A stretch of 63,958 nucleotides of DNA, filler included, from Sphacelaria rigidula (taxonomy: Eukaryota): NCBI GenBank assembly GCA_964200075.2. It is 10 parts of 10 records of this genome, joined end to end, with 100 filler letters (N's around TTAATTAATTAA, not from the genome) between each part and the next. Parts side by side here need not be neighbours in the genome. Positions count along the whole stretch, not along the records: positions 57,654 to 63,958 come from CAXNAA020020895.1; 9 more parts are not named here. One strand, written 5' to 3'. Below, piece by piece: positions 58,106-63,958 of this stretch (position 1 is its first letter; the number at the start of each line of letters is the position of its first letter). The notes below the pieces were generated by a model. That model did not search any database. It was not told the DNA's origin and was given only the letters and a program-made list of their open reading frames with translations. The translations under genes and the position numbers were made by a program.

Positions 58106-60833
58106 GACCCTAAAATATATTGGTCGTGCACTATGTCCTCGCTCACACTGCATTAATATATATTGATGAGACAATAATATGTGTGTAATCCCACGGTTTC
58201 AATATATTTTGGGCGGGCAATATGTATGCAATCCCGCGACACCAACATATGTTGGGCAGGCGCAATATTTATGCAGTTGAAGGGTACCAATATACTTCGT
58301 ATATATTACGCCGGCAATGTATCGCAATATTCCAATATGATCGACTAGTATATATTGGGGAAACATATTGATTTGTTCAGGGGGTGTAATACACTCACGG
58401 ATAGAGCGCAATTACGTACACAAAAAATGATTGTCACAATTGAATTTAAGCAAAAGAACCCGACTTATAACAATTTTGGGCACACATTGAGCAGAGGGCT
58501 CGCACGACACATGCTTTAGAGAAGGGTGAGTTCCCCTGAAGAAGGCTCACCACTTCCTTTGAAAAAATTGTGTCCTGAGTCGCACCAGAGCAGGCGCCGA
58601 GTTGTGTTTTCTTCAAAACTAACCTTGGCACACAAAACTGGCCTTCGCACACATATGATACCCCAAGGTGCTTGGAGAGATGAGGAAAACCAAATATATG
58701 ACACCATACAGACGAGCAAGCTTTCACGCACAGTCAAAGCTCACCCGCGGGGACTCGACTAGCCAGTAAGAGCAAGGGAGATGACAATATCCCAAAAAGC
58801 AGTTGATTATTAGCTTCGAGGCCATGTTGGCAACTATCCAATAGGAGGGCAACCAAACCGAGAGCTGTGTCGACCCAAAACCCAGAAAAGCGTAAAAGCA
58901 AGTGAAGGCGATGGGGTTTGTCCCCTCATGCCTCAGACTAATCTACTACCTTTGTCGGCAGCAGCCACCGACGGGCATGAACGCAAAACAAGGAACACAT
59001 ATACCCATGAAGAGGATATCCTATGAAGCTCTAACAAACTTTCACCAAACCAACAACAAAATGCCATCTATACGCTCCTGAAGATTCAGCAAGCCAGCTG
59101 CACCTAAAACCAGCACTCTGGGCACAACCTTGCGAACATAAGACAATACTTTCGGAGTAACCTCGAGGTCAACCCTGAGTCATATCCAAGCATCTTCCTA
59201 ACGGTCCTGCTGACCTGCACAGATCGTTATCTTTGCTTCCAAATTCTTCAATCAGGCCCGTTGGCCTGCACGACATGAAACATATTCTCAACCCATCCGC
59301 AAGCAGCACACGGCATATCTTGTCTGCGCTGGATACGAGACCCCTGCCCGTCATCACAGGCTCTTGTTCTCATGATACATTAAGATTCGCCGTTCGCCAG
59401 TACACGCCTTCAAAATATCTCAACAGACACATACACCAAACAGCGACAGCCCGATACACGCAACGAAACAACTCAGGGGTGAAGGCATCGATAAAATGCA
59501 AGGGTACCCCACGACACTGGTAAAAACATATAGTTTCACTGCGCACACGCACACAACTTCCAACATTTGACTCTCTTCTAGGGAGGATTTCACCTTATAG
59601 AATTAGTCACTCCGAACACGATGGGTGGTAGTTGCGAGTCTATTACGCTGAACACAAAGCAACTTATGTGCATGTCTATATGCGTCTTTCGAAAGGATCG
59701 TGTTTCCTCGCCAGACTACAACCCGAAAATGTCCACACAAACGTGCCCCCCTCCCCCCCCTATTTTCTAGCTCAAGAAGCCGTATGAACGACAACGTACT
59801 GTTGTAGAACATTCAACACCGTACCCAAACATACATCATTTCGCCAAATACACACAAGTTCCCGCCACTCTCTGGCGGGGTAAATCACATCGCATAAGGT
59901 CCAACACCTCTGTCTAATGACTGTCCACAGCGAACGCAACAGTGCCGCATGCTCATCCCTTGTTGCGCAAAGAACGAAGCCGAAAATGAAACGAACACAG
60001 ACACGTCAGCGAGTGCGTATACGCAGCAGCAGCCGTACTAAAAAAAAAAAGATGCCGTTACTCCCCCTCCCCGAGCCATCGCTCTCTTCCATAGTCGTCC
60101 CTCTCCGCGAGAACTCAGCCACCGTTCTAAGGGGGGATGTACGACATAAATCCCCCGCATCCTGGGAAAATCTGTGTTTCTCCCTCACAAATGCGTCACC
60201 TTTTCCTTTCTGGTTCCCGGCTAGTTCCATTCCGTTCCGCTGATAAAAAAATAAGAAGCCTTTGGTCACAAAAAAAAAGCCTTTGGTCATCACGCTTCAG
60301 GTATCAGTACCAACAGTCACAGTTCCACTAGAACCACGTGTATTTATAGATATGCACCAGTAGAGACACCACGGGGGTATTCCTAAAACTGCGTCACAGA
60401 TAGGGATTGCAAAACGGTATCTGCTGATGGCCAATATCGCGATCCCGTCCGTCTCCTATGCCTGCATTCGCGATGTACCTCAAATGCACTGGCGCACCCC
60501 CCGTCGTGACAAAATGACCACATAAATACGCTCTCGTCTATTTACAGTGCACAGTCCCAGGGAAAATTAAAAGCCACAAAGGATCTGATATCCTTGTGCA
60601 GGGAGGGCATCTCACTTTATCCTTGTTGTTGCATATTTTCGTACACACCGCTGATCGGTGTGTGGGTGGAGAACAATCGTCGTGCGCATCCAAACCCGGG
60701 GTTTGTTTATAAAGAGCACTCCCAAGATATAGGGTCCGCTGGAGTTTCCACGACACCCCGTCGACACTAGCCGACGATCTCTCGAAACACACACTCGCGC
60801 GCGCGCGTTTTTTTTTAGCTATTTCTCGCTCCT

Positions 60834-61754
60834 TCACAAGAATCCAATTACATGCCTCATCAACTTCACGTCATACTTACAAAGCCGCCCCATCAGGGAC
60901 GCGACCGAAACCCCGCTTCCGTCGCTCAAGCCACCCCCAAGCACTCCCTCAGCACCATCGACACCAACATCACGACAAACAACATCTCCTTTGATCCCCC
61001 TGTCGCTTCCAGTCTCCGAACACCGCTTGCTACGCTTCGTGGCTCGGCCGAAGGCCGTCCTACCCTCCTCTACAGGTCCCATACCGCTGCTTTTTTGCTG
61101 TCGTTTTTGGCGTTCCTCCCTCCAGCCCATCCCCAACCTTCCCTCGGTAACCCAAGATGCACCACTACCACCTCTGCCGGCACTGCTGCCGCCATTTCTC
61201 TGCAGCTCTGCACTTCCCACGAGTTTCTCGGACAGACTCACCCCCGGGCGGTGGCGCTCCCACTCCTGCGCCCTGTGCAACGCGTCCCTGACGCCAGCAC
61301 ATTCCTCCTTCCTCTTTTCTAGGAGCGAAGACACCAATTCCCCATCCACCTCGGCCCCCACCCCCCCGATCCCATCACCATTGTTGTTGCTCCTCGGCGA
61401 ACCGACACTACTCTTGCCGCCGTTGAACCCACCGAACCCACCGTAACTGTCGCTGTCAGTAGAGGATGACGAGCCTAAAGCGGGCGACGCGTCGGGGGCG
61501 ACATCGGCGGTGGGCGGTAGCAGCGACCCTGCGAGATCTAGAGGCGTGTAGCCACGCTGGTTTTTCCTGTTAGGGTTCGCTCCTCTCCGCAACAGCTCCT
61601 GCACGCACCCCACCCGGGAGAATCCCGCTGCCAGGTGTAGAGGGGTGGTTAAGGCAGGCTTTGACGCGAAATCAACCGGGGACCCCGCGTCCAGGAGAGC
61701 CTGCAGGACTGAAAGTTGCCCGCATCGCGCCGCGACGTGCAGTGCGGTGAATCC
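60834..61754 (-). CDS. Ankyrin-repeat protein, terminal exon
   Basis: ggacag|GFTALHVAARCGQLSVLQALLDAG...TTPLHLAAGFSRVGCVQELLRRGANPN...GYTPLDLA, then a low-complexity G/S region, ending RHVIGFL*. Confidence 0.88.
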   Translation of the reverse strand, partial: GFTALHVAARCGQLSVLQALLDAGSPVDFASKPALTTPLHLAAGFSRVGCVQELLRRGANPNRKNQRGYTPLDLAGSLLPPTADVAPDASPALGSSSSTDSDSYGGFGGFNGGKSSVGSPRSNNNGDGIGGVGAEVDGELVSSLLEKRKEECAGVRDALHRAQEWERHRPGVSLSEKLVGSAELQRNGGSSAGRGGSGASWVTEGRLGMGWREERQKRQQKSSGMGPVEEGRTAFGRATKRSKRCSETGSDRGIKGDVVCRDVGVDGAEGVLGGGLSDGSGVSVASLMGRLCKYDVKLMRHVIGFL

Positions 61755-62413
61755 CTGTCCAAAGATGGGAAGGGAGGATGTTGAGGGTATACATATTTCG
61801 TTCGGTCCACATGTTGCTATGCTGGGCGTTTCAGTGATGGGAACCGTGCTCGAAGAGGAGTACCGTGCGCAACACCCTCAGCTGTTGCGCGATTGCGTTC
61901 TACTCTGCCGCACACTTGACACAAAAGAAACGACACGCCAAGCGTCGTCGATACGAAGTATACTAGATCTTCTGAACATGAGATGTACAGGATGTACAGA
62001 CACACCGACAATAGTCGCAATACACCTATACTTTATGCAGCACATGTAGTGTATATTGCGACTTTTGACCATATATTGTCCAAGGTGTGATGTATGTATG
62101 TATATATATATGTACTCGAAGTTGGCATCTTTCTCAACGCTGCTTCTCCGTTGCATGGATGAATATAAACCAAAAAAGCAAAACGACACAACACGATGCT
62201 TTCAAACTGCACATTCCCGCTCCGTGTCCGCTTCGTTCAGGAGGCACAGCTGCAGCTACAGACCAGGGAGCTATAATGTCGGAATACGGATTGCACAGCT
62301 GGCTCAAGACCGTGTTCGCCTCCGTGGGAAACCGAGATGAGCTCGAACGTTTGAAAAAAAAGGCGCATGAATCAACCCAAGTACAGGAAAATACTGAAGT
62401 AACCATCACTCAC

Positions 62414-62587
62414 CCTGGTGGTTGTCATCGACGCATCCGCTCCGGCCAATAGTAGGTCCAAAACCACTTGCGTGTGCCCATTTTGCGCCGCCAAGTACAG
62501 AGGAGAGAACGTGTTGCGGTCCGCCACGTCGGCGTTGGCCCCCGCCGAGAGCAACACCCTTGTCATGCCGACGCGCCCATGCACCGC
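62414..62587 (-). CDS. Ankyrin-repeat protein, penultimate exon
   Basis: tag|AVHGRVGMTRVLLSAGANADVADRNTFSPLYLAAQNGHTQVVLDLLLAGAD..|gtgagt. Phase 0. Confidence 0.88.
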
Positions 62588-62601
62588 CTATTGGGTGGGG
62601 T

Positions 62602-62633
<32 letters not shown>

Positions 62634-62731
62634 ACAAAAAAAGGGGGGAAAAAAAGAGGGGGGGGAGGGAGGGGGGGGGGGGGNNNNNNNNNNCGCAGAC
62701 GGCGTGCAGCGCGGGGGGGGGGGGGGGGGGT

Positions 62732-62769
<38 letters not shown>

Positions 62770-63958
62770 CAACAGACAAGCCGGCAGAAAAGATGCGATG
62801 CGAAGATGCGATGCGAAGGGTTAGAAGCTTTGCATTATCCTGCTCTTATTCTTGCAGAAAAGCTACTTCATTATGCATATATATAATGTATATGTTTATG
62901 AAAATAGAAGCGGAGTGTATGAAGAACACGGCGCCCCGGGCGAGATGTGGCCTATCGGCGAAAACAAAACCAGATCGCACATTCCCAATTTTTGACGGTT
63001 CGGACTAATCATCGCCGATTCGAATCACCAAATCCGCGATATTTCAGGCATGGTTGCTTGAAAGAGAGAAAAATGTCGACCGCAGGTCAAAAAGGTCTCC
63101 ACGCAATTCTTGTGCCGCTATACGTGCCTGGGTTATGCGTAGGGATCGACTACTACGGTACGAATCAATCACACTAAAGTCAAATAATTTCCCGACGAAT
63201 CATTCATTCGTCCGACCCTTGCAATGTTTACACTCGAGCCTACATGAAGTAGGACGGGAGGGGGGTTCCAAAGTCAAGTGATCAAGCTGCCAGTCGTATA
63301 ATAGTAGTGATGAAAGTATGCTGGAGTGTGCTTCTGGACTCGGAGCAAGGGTATACACTACTGTCGATATATTGACACGATTTGACCGCGAGTCAGAACG
63401 ATCAAGCCGATGTGGTAGGGAAAAACAAAAACAGTGAAGCAGTGAAGCGGCGGAGATTTTTTAGAGTCCCTGTAGAGAACACGCCGCACCTCACAGAAAA
63501 GGGTGCGGGGGAGATTACTTGTACCTGGCACTTTATCGATGTATGCAAAAAGGCTCCTCCATCGAAAAGTAGTAGTGCCCCGAGTCCTTCAGACTGCTTC
63601 CATGACTTTTCAACCAATGCGCATAGATACGTCTTCAAGGCCAGGAAAGGTCGCGGAGGTACGGGGGAGGGGGGCGAGGGATGTACCCATGATCTTGCGT
63701 GCCGTGCTCATATGGCCATTGAGTAGGCATCCCGACAAAGCCGGGACGGAGCACGCCGGGTTTTTGCCGGATTGGGGGAAGGGGTGTACTCATGATCTTG
63801 CATGCCACAGTAATATTACCGGTGGCATCGCATCCCTACGAAGCTGGGACGGAGCACACCAGGTTTTCACCGGTCCAGGCTCGCAATAAATCACCATCAG
63901 GGAGTGGGTGTACGCATGATCATGCATGCCATAGTCATAAGACCATTGACCTCGCATC

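Noticed and set aside
58400..59600. Possible LINE or viral remnant
   Set aside because: No recognisable RT, endonuclease or viral motif could be read in any frame.
19540..62587. Apparent clustering of CAND1, SBNO, MTO1 and ankyrin genes, all on the minus strand
   Set aside because: Each gene is on a different concatenated scaffold, so adjacency and shared strand are arbitrary.
62594..62770. Poly-G tracts (G-quadruplex potential; poly-Gly/Pro ORFs)
   Set aside because: Intronic low-complexity sequence flanking a 10-N gap. Homopolymer lengths are unreliable and the ORFs are spurious.

Overview
Eukaryotic, intron-rich, transposon-dense DNA, most consistent with a brown alga (Phaeophyceae; inferred from short exons with long repeat-filled introns, poly-G/C tracts and retroelement style). 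The window is not one locus. It is ten unrelated scaffolds of 6306/6305 bp joined by nine identical artificial 100-bp linkers (44N-TTAATTAATTAA-44N). Recognisable host-gene fragments, all on the minus strand: the last two exons of a SAC3/GANP (PCI-domain) protein, three CAND1 exons, seven strawberry-notch (SBNO) exons, one MTO1/MnmG C-terminal exon and the last two exons of an ankyrin-repeat protein. Mobile DNA: a deleted chromodomain-bearing Ty3/Gypsy element, a second near-intact Ty3/Gypsy element, two Ty1/Copia remnants, TTAA (piggyBac-type), TA, 4-bp and 8-bp TSD MITEs, a long-TIR foldback element, and several satellites and hairpins. The most unusual pattern is a short TGTGACG...CGTCACA palindrome family. 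One copy occupies the 5'-LTR position of the chromovirus beside its tRNA-Ser PBS, and two others abut tRNA-like 3' halves near the anticodon-loop position. An 830-bp foldback and a CAG/CTG hairpin satellite also stand out. No CRISPR array, rRNA gene or intact tRNA gene was seen.
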